Positions 36,504-46,243 of a DNA stretch of 64,000 nucleotides are shown here, in pieces. The DNA lies in NCBI GenBank assembly GCA_015233145.1, contig JADFYI010000006.1, positions 4,514 through 68,513 on the forward strand, given 5' to 3'. The stretch comes from Candidatus Omnitrophota bacterium (GTDB lineage: Bacteria; Omnitrophota; Gorgyraeia; Zapsychrales; Fredricksoniimonadaceae). Within the stretch, counting starts at the first letter, position 1. Each line of letters opens with the position of its first letter. The position numbers and the translations under genes are program-made. The notes under the pieces were generated by a model. The model made no database searches, was not told the DNA's origin, and was given only the letters and a program-made list of their open reading frames with translations.

Positions 36504-36574
36504 ATTAATATTATCATATATCTTAATTTATGGGAATGAAGGGGAAAATAAGGAAATTAAAAAACCACTTCCTA

Positions 36575-38551
36575 CTACGCTTTGACTGGCTCTGATACCG
36601 GAAGCTTATTAGAAATGTGCTTGCAAACAGGATACTTGTTGCAGCCAAAAAAGACTCCGCCACGACGATTACGGCGCTCAACAAGCTCACCGCCGCAGTC
36701 AGGCTCCGGGCATTTTACCCCGGTAGGATACGGCTCCGCGTGCTTGCATTTGGGAAAATCTGAACAGCTGATAAACCGTCCGTTTCTGCCCCACTTGACT
36801 TGCATCTGCGCGACGTTGCAGATCGGGCAAATTTTATCCATAGTCACACTGGTTTTCTCCAACGTGGCCATGGCATGATCAAGCTCCTGCTTAAAGGGGC
36901 CATAAAAATCTTTAAGAAGCGTCACATAATTCAGTTCGCCTTCTTCAACCCGGTCAAGGCTCTCCTCCATTGTGGCGGTAAAACCAATGTCCAAAACCTT
37001 GGGAAAACTCGTGACCAAAAGGTCGCATATCAGAATCCCCAACTCGGTCGCTGTAAAATAACCGCGGTCGCGCGTGACATAATTGCGTAAAACCAGGGTT
37101 TGAATAATAGAGGCGTACGTGCTCGGACGGCCAATCCCCTCTTCTTCCAGGGCTTTAACGAGGGACGCTTCCGAATACCTTGCCGGAGGCTTGGTAAAAT
37201 GCTGTGACGGCCTGACCTCTGTCATCTGGAGGATGTCTTCCTGGCTATAGGCCGCAAGGTCCTGTTTCTTTTCTTCATCATCACCTGTGCGATAGACCGA
37301 TAAACACCCCTGAAAAATCAAAGTGGAGCCTGAAGCCCCAAACTGGTAATTTCCCGCTGTAATCTCCACTTTTTTGTTTTCAAAGACCGCCGGAGTCATC
37401 TGGCAACTGACGAAACGTTTCCAGATAAGGTCATACAAACTGCTCTGGTCCGGGGTAAGGAATTTCTTTACTGTCTCGGGAGCGCGGGCAATGTCCGTTG
37501 GACGGATGGCCTCATGCGCTTCCTGGGCTAATTTCTTAGATTTATATTTGTTAGGTTCCGCAGGTAAATACGTCTCACCGTAAACTTTACCGATATAATC
37601 ACGGGCCTTGCCCAGGGCCTCCTGGGCAATATTCACTGAATCCGTGCGCATATAAGTGATAAGACCCACAGGGTCTTCTTCGCCGATCTCGACACCCTCA
37701 TAAAGTTCCTGGGCCACCATCATGGTCCTTTGAGCATTAAACCCGAGTTTGGAAAAGGCATCCTGCTGAAGCGTACTCGTAATGAACGGCGGCAGGGGAT
37801 TGCGCCTCACCTCGCGCGAATTGACAGCGGTCACACGAAACAATTTCCCGTTCAATTCTCCGGCAACAGCATTCGCCTCGGAAACATTTTTCAGGTCAAC
37901 TTTTTCGCCGCTGATTCTTTCAAGCTGGGCCTCAAGAAGGCTGGAAACGCCGTCTTTCTTCAACATCACCGCGATCTCCCAATACTCGACCGGGGTGAAA
38001 CTTTGAATTCCGCGCTCCCGCTCAACAATAAGGCGAAGGGCCACTGACTGCACCCGGCCCGCACTTAAACGGCTTCCGACTTTTTTCCATAACACAGGGC
38101 TGATAAGATAACCCACGATGCGGTCTAAAATGCGGCGGGCATTCTGGGCATTGATCTTGTTAAGATCAAAATCATGCTTGTTCTCAAAGGCCTTTAAAAC
38201 AGCCTCTTTGGTGATTTCATGAAAAACCACACGAAAAACCTTCTTGCCGTCCTTGGCCAAATGAGGCACAAGGTTCCAGCCAATGGCCTCCCCCTCGCGG
38301 TCAGGGTCTGTGGCGAAATATATCTCAGTCTTTCCTTCAGCTTCTTTTTTGAGTTTGGTCAGGGTCTTTTGTTTGTTGCGGACAACTATAAACCGGGGTT
38401 CAAAATCCTTGTCAACATCCACCCCCAAAGTAGATTTGGGAAGATCAATCAAGTGCCCCATGGAAGACGTGACCTTGAATTTAGCACCCAGGATTTTATT
38501 AATCGTCTTAACTTTTGCCGGAGATTCCACAATAACTAATGCTTTGGCCAT
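36575..38551 (-). CDS. topA: DNA topoisomerase I
   Basis: The TOPRIM N-terminus is ALVIVESPAKVKTI and the active-site region is ITYMRTDS. The C-terminus has zinc-ribbon repeats (CPICN..C..C; CPEPDCGG..C..C). Confidence 0.93.
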   Translation of the reverse strand: MAKALVIVESPAKVKTINKILGAKFKVTSSMGHLIDLPKSTLGVDVDKDFEPRFIVVRNKQKTLTKLKKEAEGKTEIYFATDPDREGEAIGWNLVPHLAKDGKKVFRVVFHEITKEAVLKAFENKHDFDLNKINAQNARRILDRIVGYLISPVLWKKVGSRLSAGRVQSVALRLIVERERGIQSFTPVEYWEIAVMLKKDGVSSLLEAQLERISGEKVDLKNVSEANAVAGELNGKLFRVTAVNSREVRRNPLPPFITSTLQQDAFSKLGFNAQRTMMVAQELYEGVEIGEEDPVGLITYMRTDSVNIAQEALGKARDYIGKVYGETYLPAEPNKYKSKKLAQEAHEAIRPTDIARAPETVKKFLTPDQSSLYDLIWKRFVSCQMTPAVFENKKVEITAGNYQFGASGSTLIFQGCLSVYRTGDDEEKKQDLAAYSQEDILQMTEVRPSQHFTKPPARYSEASLVKALEEEGIGRPSTYASIIQTLVLRNYVTRDRGYFTATELGILICDLLVTSFPKVLDIGFTATMEESLDRVEEGELNYVTLLKDFYGPFKQELDHAMATLEKTSVTMDKICPICNVAQMQVKWGRNGRFISCSDFPKCKHAEPYPTGVKCPEPDCGGELVERRNRRGGVFFGCNKYPVCKHISNKLPVSEPVKA

Positions 38552-38675
38552 ATCAGCTCACATGGGTAATAAACAAAAAAGTCAAACACCGGAACTCTTA
38601 AAGACTCTTCATACTTTCCATAAAAAACAATCTTTTGCAACTGAATTAATGAAAAATTATTTTTAAGTCAAATTT

Positions 38676-39863
38676 TCAAGCAACTTCATAAACCTTCCCA
38701 GGCTGCTGGCGGATCAAACGTTTTATCTCCAAAAGCAAAAGCGGGCCCATTAAACTCGAGGGAGCCAAACCGGTTTTTAGCTCAATTTCCTCAAGCGTCA
38801 GGAGCTTTCCTTCCTTAATAATATGTAAAACTCTTTTTTCTTCTGCAGAAAGGCCAGCCTCTTTATCCATGGGAAAAAGTTCAGGCTGTTGTGATAAAAC
38901 GCTGTTGCCTCTTAATCTGAGCGGCAGCTCTTCTAAGAGATCCTCAACTGAAAGGGCCACCTTGGCTCCCTGTTTAATAAGCGCCAGCGGCCCTGAAGAA
39001 AGCGTGCTGTCAATGCGCCCGGGAACAGCAAAAACTTCTTTGCCCTGCTCCAGGGCAAAACCTGCCGTGATCAATGCCCCGCTTTTAATATTGGCCTCAA
39101 CCACCAGGACTCCTAACGACACCCCGCTCACAATCCGGTTGCGGCGTGGAAAATTATAAGTAATAGGCTTTGTGCCAAAAGGAAATTCACTCATAAGACA
39201 CCCTTGGGTCTTGATGAGCTCATATAATTCCCTGTTTTCTTCAGGATAAATATAATCCAGCCCACAGCCTAAAACAGCTATGGTTTGCCCATTGGCCTTA
39301 AGGCACCCGCGGTGCGCTGCCGCGTCTATTCCCCTGGCCAACCCTGAAACCACAACAACCCCCAACTCGGCCAAGGCCCTCGAAAATTTCTCCGCGGTTT
39401 CAAGGCCATAGAACGTGGGTTTTCGAGAGCCAACAACAGCAACAGAACAATCCATGTTCTCTGGCCAGTCTCCGCAAACATACAGGACCAGCGGATAATC
39501 GTGAATATTCCTTAAAGCTGGAGGATAATCTTTATCAAGAAACGTTACAATGCGCGCGTCGTGTTCTTTAAGATGCGCCATCTCCCGGGCCATAAACTCC
39601 TCTTTGTCAAAATTCTTGAAATTAAAGACAGCAGCCTCAGGCACATCCGTGAATAAAGAAATGTCCCCACCCAAACGTTCCAGCACTCCTTGAGCAGAAC
39701 CGTAATGTTCGATAAGCTTGATAGTCCGCCGATTTCCAAAGCCTGAAATGGCATTGAGAACAATGAGACTGTCACGCTCTACGCGTGATGGCAATAATGA
39801 AGGAACTGATTCGCCGGGAACTGAAAAACTAACTGGACTTGTTGAGGATTGTGAGTATGTCAT
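38676..39863 (-). CDS. dprA: DNA-processing protein DprA/Smf
   Basis: Motifs VVSGLARGIDAAAHRG, FPRRNRIVSG and VVEA..KSGALITA are present. Confidence 0.88.
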   Translation of the reverse strand: MTYSQSSTSPVSFSVPGESVPSLLPSRVERDSLIVLNAISGFGNRRTIKLIEHYGSAQGVLERLGGDISLFTDVPEAAVFNFKNFDKEEFMAREMAHLKEHDARIVTFLDKDYPPALRNIHDYPLVLYVCGDWPENMDCSVAVVGSRKPTFYGLETAEKFSRALAELGVVVVSGLARGIDAAAHRGCLKANGQTIAVLGCGLDYIYPEENRELYELIKTQGCLMSEFPFGTKPITYNFPRRNRIVSGVSLGVLVVEANIKSGALITAGFALEQGKEVFAVPGRIDSTLSSGPLALIKQGAKVALSVEDLLEELPLRLRGNSVLSQQPELFPMDKEAGLSAEEKRVLHIIKEGKLLTLEEIELKTGLAPSSLMGPLLLLEIKRLIRQQPGKVYEVA

Positions 39864-40350
39864 CGACCACCTTACCTATGTTGTCTTCGTTCGAATCAAC
39901 GACGAAGTCAGCCTCACGGTAATGGGGGTCGCGAACGGCCAAGAGTTGTTGTATTTTTTCTTTAGGGTTTGGAACATTTAAAAGCGGACGGTCAGTCTTG
40001 CCCCTGGTACGCCGAAAAACACTCTCCGGTGAGGCGTAAAGGTAAAAGATGATGCCGTTCGCTTTAAGGGCTTTTAAATTGTCTTTGTTGATGACTACAC
40101 CTCCGCCGCAGTCGACCACCAGGTTATCTTTCATGGCAATTTCACGGACAACCTCAGATTCAATTTTCCGAAAATAAGGCTCTCCGGACTGCGCAAAAAT
40201 ATCAGCAATGGCGCGGGCTTCACGCTTCTCAATCCATTCATCCGTGGAAATACGCTCACGGTTAAGGCGCCGGGCAAGTTCTCTGGATGCAAAGGTCTTG
40301 CCGGAAGCCATAAACCCGATGAGAACAATATTTTTTGAGGTTTTAAGCAT
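39829..40350 (-). CDS. aroK: shikimate kinase
   Basis: The P-loop is IVLIGFMASGKT and the protein is 173 aa. The motif VVDCGGGVV is present. Confidence 0.88.
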   Translation of the reverse strand: MLKTSKNIVLIGFMASGKTFASRELARRLNRERISTDEWIEKREARAIADIFAQSGEPYFRKIESEVVREIAMKDNLVVDCGGGVVINKDNLKALKANGIIFYLYASPESVFRRTRGKTDRPLLNVPNPKEKIQQLLAVRDPHYREADFVVDSNEDNIGKVVDDILTILNKSS

Positions 40351-40405
40351 GCAGAAATATTAACAATCGTCTTTATTAAAGTCAATCCCTATCATCGGAG
40401 CGGCT

Positions 40406-40588
40406 TTAAAGCGCTTTTTTTATCTCGGTTTTGAGATTGCGAAGAAACATCTCAGCGCGGGAAGGTTTGGGGGAAGGATTTAAAAGAGGATGGCCATCCT
40501 TGACCGAGGAGTGAACAGCCTGCGAACTCACGGAACTGGTCTTACCCTGCTTTTTATGCCAATACTCTGTTTTGGGACGTTTGGCCAT
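40406..40588 (-). CDS. hypothetical small basic protein (60 aa)
   Basis: The ATG lies 8 nt after an AAGGAAG SD that overlaps the stop of the upstream GT-C gene. The N-terminus is Lys/Arg-rich. I recognise no family. Confidence 0.4.
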   Translation of the reverse strand: MAKRPKTEYWHKKQGKTSSVSSQAVHSSVKDGHPLLNPSPKPSRAEMFLRNLKTEIKKAL

Positions 40589-40602
40589 GCCGCAGACTTC
40601 CT

Positions 40603-42303
40603 TTAAAATTTTTTAAGCCACGCCGTAACATTCTTGCGAAAACAAAAGACCATGGCAAAAAGGATCAGCGTTACCAATGACACGGATTGGGCCAATGTTC
40701 GCACCGGTGTTGTTGTAAAGAAAATCCTGACATCATGGCTGCCTGCAGGCGCTTGAAAAATGATCAATCCAAAAGGATTGTCCATCTTGATATCAACCGG
40801 CCTCCCGTCAACAGCCGCTTCCCATCCCGGGAAATAATAAGAATGAAAAACCAAAACAACAGGTGTTTTGGCATCAACTGAAAATAAGCGGTCTAAAGGA
40901 CGCCCCCCCTTATCCTCAACCGCTCCGGTGCCTGACAAAACCTGAAGTTTCTGCGGCGGAGGATTAACACTGACTATTTTAACCCATTTCGACAGGTATT
41001 CCATATTATCCATTGGCAAAAGAGACTGCAGGTACTCTACCGGAGAGGAAAACTTGACCGGCTCTGTCCCGAAAGAATGGCAAAAAAAGATGTTCGAACC
41101 TACAATCGCGATAAGGGCCATTCCCAAAAACTTTTTACGAAAATTTTCTGAAACGCAAAAAATAATGCCTCCGGCCATGATGGAAACAGCCAGGGTCATA
41201 ATGATCAAAAACCTCCAGGGAAACTCTGTAAAATAAAGAAGCGGTATCACTTTCCACAAAGGCGCCGACTCCTTGACCGTGAAAAAAGCGGCAACAACCA
41301 GAACAAAAGAGAAAAAGATAATCTGGCGCCTGGCATCCTTAACGCTTACCGTAACTTTTTTAAAAAACAAAAACAAGGCCATAACAAAACAAAGATGCAC
41401 AATCCCCACCATAATGGACATCCCGCCACCCCAGGTTCCATAACCCCAGGGCGAATAAATCAGCTGTGGAAGGGTTGAAAAATTGTGGCGGTAATCGTAT
41501 TGTCCGACGGTAAGGCGTTCAATCTGAACAAATTTCTTCTCCATCATGGCCGGAAGCCAGAAATAGGCTGACAGAAGAAATCCGCTGATAAAAACAACTG
41601 CTGACGCCAGGACAGAATATAATTTTTCTTTAACACCATTCGTGCCTGTAAAAAAAAGAACAACTGTATAAAAGAACGCCAGAGGCAAAAACAAAAATGC
41701 CGAAATATTATGTGAAAGAAGGAGCCCTGTCATCGCCAAAATCCCCAAAACAACATCTTTTAAGCACAGAGACCTGGAAATACGTAAAAGCGCCCATAAA
41801 ATAAGCGGAAAAAACACAAACGCCGTCAGTTCCGCGGGGGTGCCTCGGACATAAACATCAAGGATGTGATACGGCGCAAAAAGATACGCCGCGGCCGACA
41901 AAAACGCGCCGTCTCTCCCCCAGATTTCTCTGGCAAAAAAATACATCGCGACCCCTGAGGCAAAAAGCACAAGAATGATCGAGAAATTAAACGCCAGGAA
42001 GGCTGGTAAAAAAAACATGGCAACTGCAGCGATATAAGAAAATAACGGCGCGTAAAAATTGCTCATGGAATAACCGTAACCGGAAATAATATGAGGCATC
42101 CAACGGGGAATCAAATCCCCCTCACGCCAGGCCTGGTTCATGGACACCGATCTCATAAAAGCACTTTGCAAATCAAAAGCCCGAATAAGGGAATTGCTGA
42201 TAAGGGGCCAGGCCATAAGGAGAGTCAACAAAAAAATGCCTGCAATAAAAGGCCTGTCTGAGTTCATGGCCTTGTTAAGGAATATTGCAATTTTCCTGGT
42301 CAT
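40603..42303 (-). CDS. polytopic GT-C-superfamily membrane protein (YfhO / PTPS-related-like), paralog 1
   Basis: It has about 12 TM segments and a first-loop motif WREGDLIPRWMPHIISGYGYSMSNFYAPLF. The C-terminal domain is YYFPGWEAAVDGRPV...GSHDVRIFF followed by a final TM. The ATG at 42303 overlaps the upstream stop as ATGA. Confidence 0.75.
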   Translation of the reverse strand: MTRKIAIFLNKAMNSDRPFIAGIFLLTLLMAWPLISNSLIRAFDLQSAFMRSVSMNQAWREGDLIPRWMPHIISGYGYSMSNFYAPLFSYIAAVAMFFLPAFLAFNFSIILVLFASGVAMYFFAREIWGRDGAFLSAAAYLFAPYHILDVYVRGTPAELTAFVFFPLILWALLRISRSLCLKDVVLGILAMTGLLLSHNISAFLFLPLAFFYTVVLFFTGTNGVKEKLYSVLASAVVFISGFLLSAYFWLPAMMEKKFVQIERLTVGQYDYRHNFSTLPQLIYSPWGYGTWGGGMSIMVGIVHLCFVMALFLFFKKVTVSVKDARRQIIFFSFVLVVAAFFTVKESAPLWKVIPLLYFTEFPWRFLIIMTLAVSIMAGGIIFCVSENFRKKFLGMALIAIVGSNIFFCHSFGTEPVKFSSPVEYLQSLLPMDNMEYLSKWVKIVSVNPPPQKLQVLSGTGAVEDKGGRPLDRLFSVDAKTPVVLVFHSYYFPGWEAAVDGRPVDIKMDNPFGLIIFQAPAGSHDVRIFFTTTPVRTLAQSVSLVTLILFAMVFCFRKNVTAWLKKF

Positions 42304-42491
42304 GGACAACACTTAATAAAATTAGAAACGCTGCGGTCATATGTTTTTTCAGTCTCCGATGGGAAAAAACAGCCCGGGATGGCCCCTTTAGCCCGATGGT
42401 AGCGCACGCACTCACAGCAAAGCCCTTTGCGGGAGCAGCCAGGGTAACTGCAGGTGCAATCTTTCAAATTCTTATCCTTAAGGCATTCCAT
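42300..42491 (-). CDS. Cys-rich small protein (DUF6485-like), 63 aa
   Basis: The sequence is MECLKDKNLKDCTCSYPGCSRKGLCCECVRYHRAKGAIPGCFFPSETEKTYDRS.., with 9 Cys in 63 aa. An AGGAGG SD precedes the ATG at 42491. The track start at 42524 would overlap the GT2 gene. Confidence 0.6.
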   Translation of the reverse strand: MECLKDKNLKDCTCSYPGCSRKGLCCECVRYHRAKGAIPGCFFPSETEKTYDRSVSNFIKCCP

Positions 42492-42505
42492 AATTCCTCC
42501 TGAAA

Positions 42506-43300
42506 TTAAAGCAATTTTTGGCAATACGGATGGTTTTGAGGGGAAAATTTAACCCGAAAAAGAATTTTCAAAAGATCTTTCGTGCTCGTCAGATAATGCC
42601 AAAACTTCACTTTCGAACCTTTTTTATCAATCCACTCGCGGACAGGATATTCAACACAAATTTTACTGACAGCGCGGCCTGTGGGATGACAACGCTCCAT
42701 GATCATGAAACGCGCCAGGATCTCGACATCAAAAATCCAGGTGACCGTAAAAGAGAAAGAAAAAACTTTCTTAAGGCGTTCCGTTACCTTAAAAAGTTTG
42801 GCTCCGCACTGTGTGTCATAAACCGCAAGGCCCAAAGTCATGGATGCTAAAGTCGCAAAAATGCGGCCGATATAATGCCTTCGGCTGTCACGCTCAATAT
42901 TGCGGCCCAGCAATTTGACGCGCGAGCCCATGGCTATTTCAAAGGAGGGATTGGAAAATAACCCTTCGAGCTCTATGATCGTGGACAATGGTGTCGCCAA
43001 ATCAGCATCAAAATATCCTATCAAATCAACGGGGAAAGACAAAAATCCTTTTAAAAATCCCTGGCGAACAGCCTCGGCCTTCCCGGAATTCTTGGGCAAA
43101 TTCAGCAAAGACATTTGCTCTGGCCGGGCTTTAACAAAATTTTCTAAGACTTGCCTGGTTGTATCCGTGCTTCCATCGTTGACAAAAAGGACATGAATAT
43201 GCGGATAGGGCCCGAGAAAATCAAGGAACGCCTGGCCATCAAGGCGACTTGCTTCATTAAAACAAGGAACAACAATAAGTGTTTTTGGTTTCATATCCAT
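42506..43300 (-). CDS. GT2 polyprenyl-phosphate glycosyltransferase (DPM1/GtrB/ArnC-like)
   Basis: Motifs LIVVPCFNEASRL, VNDGSTD and YFDADLATP are present, and the protein is 264 aa. Confidence 0.85.
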   Translation of the reverse strand: MDMKPKTLIVVPCFNEASRLDGQAFLDFLGPYPHIHVLFVNDGSTDTTRQVLENFVKARPEQMSLLNLPKNSGKAEAVRQGFLKGFLSFPVDLIGYFDADLATPLSTIIELEGLFSNPSFEIAMGSRVKLLGRNIERDSRRHYIGRIFATLASMTLGLAVYDTQCGAKLFKVTERLKKVFSFSFTVTWIFDVEILARFMIMERCHPTGRAVSKICVEYPVREWIDKKGSKVKFWHYLTSTKDLLKILFRVKFSPQNHPYCQKLL

Positions 43301-43307
43301 AGGCTAG

Positions 43308-43352
43308 AAAAAAAATACCCCTGCGTATTTTACTCAAAAACACGCAGGGGTA
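43308..43352 (-). terminator. intrinsic terminator downstream of fba
   Basis: The arms tacccctgcgt / acgcaggggta form a perfect 11-bp stem. On the minus strand the hairpin is followed by an 8-T run. Confidence 0.65.
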
Positions 43353-43361
43353 TAAGAAAAA

Positions 43362-44372
43362 TTACGCCCTGCCGGCAGAACCAAGGACATTCTCATTCTT
43401 GGCTTTGTATACCTTGACCAGTGCGTCGCGCGCCGGACCAAGATACTTGCGGGGATCAAACTCACCGGGATTCTCCGCAAAAGTCTTACGGATAAGCGCG
43501 GTCATGGCCAGACGGCCGTCAGAGTCAATGTTAATCTTGCAGACAGCTGATTTTGCAGCCTTGCGAAGCTGTTCTTCAGGAATGCCCACAGCAGCCTCAA
43601 GCTTGCCGCCAAACTTATTAATCATGTCGACATACTCTGTGGCCACGGAACTCGCGCCATGGAGCACAATGGGAAACCCCGGGATGCGCTTTTCAATTTC
43701 TTCCAAAATATCAAAGCGAAGCGGCGGAGGAACCAAAACCCCGGTCTTGGGGTCTTTGGTGCACTGGGCAGGCTTAAACTTGTACGCGCCATGGGAAGTG
43801 CCGATGGAAATGGCCAAGGAATCCACACCCGTCTTCTTCACAAAATCTTCAACCTGATCCGGGGACGTATAAACCGACTTTGCCGCAACCACGTCATCTT
43901 CAATACCGGAAAGGACCCCCAGCTCGCCTTCCACGGTCACATCGTGCTGATGCGCAAAATCCACAACCTGTTTGGTCAGCTCAACATTCTTGTCGTAAGG
44001 ATGATGGGATCCGTCAATCATGACCGAAGAAAACCCGGACTCAATGCAGGATTTGGCAAGCTCAAAAGTATCGCCATGATCCAGGTGAAGCGCAATCGGG
44101 ATTTCTTTAAGGTTCTTGGCCTTGGCCAATTCCTTCATCATCTCAACCGCGCCCTTGCCCATCCAGCGCAAAAGCGTGGGATTGGCATACTTGCGCGCGC
44201 CGGAAGATACCTGCAAAATCACAGGCGACTGCGTTTCAACACAGGCCGTGATAATGGCCTGAATCTGTTCCATATTGTTAAAATTGTAAGCGGGAATGGC
44301 ATAACCGCCCTTGAATGCTTTCGCAAACATTTCCCTGGTGTTGGAAAGACCCAATTCTTTGTATGAAACCAT
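43362..44372 (-). CDS. fba: class II fructose-1,6-bisphosphate aldolase
   Basis: Motifs AYNFNNMEQ, ALHLDHGD, VLHGASS and TVEGELG are present. Confidence 0.92.
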   Translation of the reverse strand: MVSYKELGLSNTREMFAKAFKGGYAIPAYNFNNMEQIQAIITACVETQSPVILQVSSGARKYANPTLLRWMGKGAVEMMKELAKAKNLKEIPIALHLDHGDTFELAKSCIESGFSSVMIDGSHHPYDKNVELTKQVVDFAHQHDVTVEGELGVLSGIEDDVVAAKSVYTSPDQVEDFVKKTGVDSLAISIGTSHGAYKFKPAQCTKDPKTGVLVPPPLRFDILEEIEKRIPGFPIVLHGASSVATEYVDMINKFGGKLEAAVGIPEEQLRKAAKSAVCKINIDSDGRLAMTALIRKTFAENPGEFDPRKYLGPARDALVKVYKAKNENVLGSAGRA

Positions 44373-44458
44373 AAATTGACTCCTATGTTAATAATTAAAA
44401 TAATTACACATTAGTAAGATACTATACCGAAGAAACCTTGCGTGAACAAGAAAAAATA

Positions 44459-46210
44459 TCAGGGAATGTCAGGCGAAAATATTCTTTGTCTGGAACGGAA
44501 AAACAACACCCCCCATCCGATGAAAAGCAGAAAAACAGTCGCTAAAGAAATGATTTTACCCGTTGTTCTGGGAGGGGTATCATCGAAACGGATAAGGACA
44601 TCATGGTTGCCGGGCAAAAGTCCGAACATAATATAACCGAAATCATTTTCATAATGGATCTGCTCTTCTTTGCCATCAACAAATACCTTCCAACCGGGAA
44701 AATACCAGTGATTAAAGCTTATGAGACATGTCCTTGTCGCTAACACCCTTAAGCCGTAACCACCTCTGGGCCGGCCGTTGACAACATCAATACGGCCATC
44801 ACCTTTTAAAATACTAAACTTTTCTTTCGGAGGGAAAGGCAGTATCCTTTTGACCCAGACAGGAACATACTCCATGCCATCTCCAGGCCAACGCTCGTAT
44901 AACCACTCGGCATAATTATTGATGCTGCCTTTTTCAAAGGTAATCGGCGCTCTGGACGGGGTGGTATGCCCGATATTTAAAATAATAAAGATTGCCATTA
45001 AAACTATTGCCGCCAACGGCCGCCAACGCTCAGAGAACATCACAACAAAAGCCCCTGTTAATAAAGAAACAAAAAAGACCAGAAAATAAAAAAATCGCCA
45101 CGATCCTTGAAAATAGCGAAAAGCAAAAGACAAAGAATCCCAGAGCCCCACCGACTCCCGCGACATGATAAAAACAAACCCCAAAGCACAAAATCCAAAG
45201 AGAGAAACAAGCCAGATTATTTTTCGGGATTGGTGATAAAAAAATAAAAACAAAACCAATGTGAACCCGCCGACAATAACATGGGCATACCCCAGCATAA
45301 AAGAATGTTCACTATGAATACCGTTGGTCCAGGCATTCCAAAGGACCTGTTTCCATGTCAGAAAATGATAATGGTAATCAAACTGCTGTTGCTTGAGGAC
45401 TGCGGAAATAGAAACATATCCGCCCTCCATAAGGCCTGGCAAAATAAAAAACGCTGCCAACCCCAGGCCCGCAGGAATAGCAAGGCCTGCTACGATGAGC
45501 CCCCGATGGTGACGGCACTCTCCCTCAAAATACATAACAGCCAGGAAAAGGCCCAAAAGAACTATGCAGACCCACGAAAGCAAAATATGCATGAGAAGCA
45601 ATATGGCAAAGCTGCCTGTCGCTAGGAGAAAACGATTGTAACCAGGATTCTGGTAAGCTCTTAAGAAACTAAGCCAGACAAACGGCAGAAATGATGCCGC
45701 CAAAAACATTGTAAAATAGCCGCTGTGATAGGCGCACCAGATATGATACGGCGCAAACATGTAAGCCACTGCCGCCACTAATCCGGCAGGCTTCCCAAAC
45801 AATTCCCGTGCAAAGAAATACATGCAAATACCTGAAAAAAGAAAACCCAGAACTAAAACAGTGTTCATACCAGCCACAGGATGATGAAAAAGAAGTGCAA
45901 ACAATGCGGACAAATAATAAAAAAGCGGGGCATAATAATTTAAAAGCGGATACCCCTGGCCAAAACCGACATCAAAATACCAGCGACAAGAAAAATACCC
46001 TTCCTGCCAGCTTCGTAAAACCCCAACAACCCGGATCAGATGGACATCCGCGTCATGATTGGAAACAAGGGCATCCGTCCACAGCCTCCACGTTAACAGG
46101 CCGGCTAATACCATAAAAAAAAGCAGCCAATAACGGTCAAACACAACAACAAGATTCTCCAAAGCCTGGAGAATTCCTGCGCTTATGCGTTCACTCTGGT
46201 CATTTTTCAT
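44459..46210 (-). CDS. polytopic GT-C-superfamily membrane protein (YfhO / PTPS-related-like), paralog 2
   Basis: It has the same architecture as 40603-42303. The loop motif is WQEGYFSCRWYFDVGFGQGYPLLNYYAPLFY and the C-terminal domain is WYFPGWKVFVDGKEE...GNHDVLIRF. Confidence 0.75.
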   Translation of the reverse strand: MKNDQSERISAGILQALENLVVVFDRYWLLFFMVLAGLLTWRLWTDALVSNHDADVHLIRVVGVLRSWQEGYFSCRWYFDVGFGQGYPLLNYYAPLFYYLSALFALLFHHPVAGMNTVLVLGFLFSGICMYFFARELFGKPAGLVAAVAYMFAPYHIWCAYHSGYFTMFLAASFLPFVWLSFLRAYQNPGYNRFLLATGSFAILLLMHILLSWVCIVLLGLFLAVMYFEGECRHHRGLIVAGLAIPAGLGLAAFFILPGLMEGGYVSISAVLKQQQFDYHYHFLTWKQVLWNAWTNGIHSEHSFMLGYAHVIVGGFTLVLFLFFYHQSRKIIWLVSLFGFCALGFVFIMSRESVGLWDSLSFAFRYFQGSWRFFYFLVFFVSLLTGAFVVMFSERWRPLAAIVLMAIFIILNIGHTTPSRAPITFEKGSINNYAEWLYERWPGDGMEYVPVWVKRILPFPPKEKFSILKGDGRIDVVNGRPRGGYGLRVLATRTCLISFNHWYFPGWKVFVDGKEEQIHYENDFGYIMFGLLPGNHDVLIRFDDTPPRTTGKIISLATVFLLFIGWGVLFFRSRQRIFSPDIP

Positions 46211-46243
46211 AAGTGATTTTAGAAAACTTTGAATCGGGCCCTG

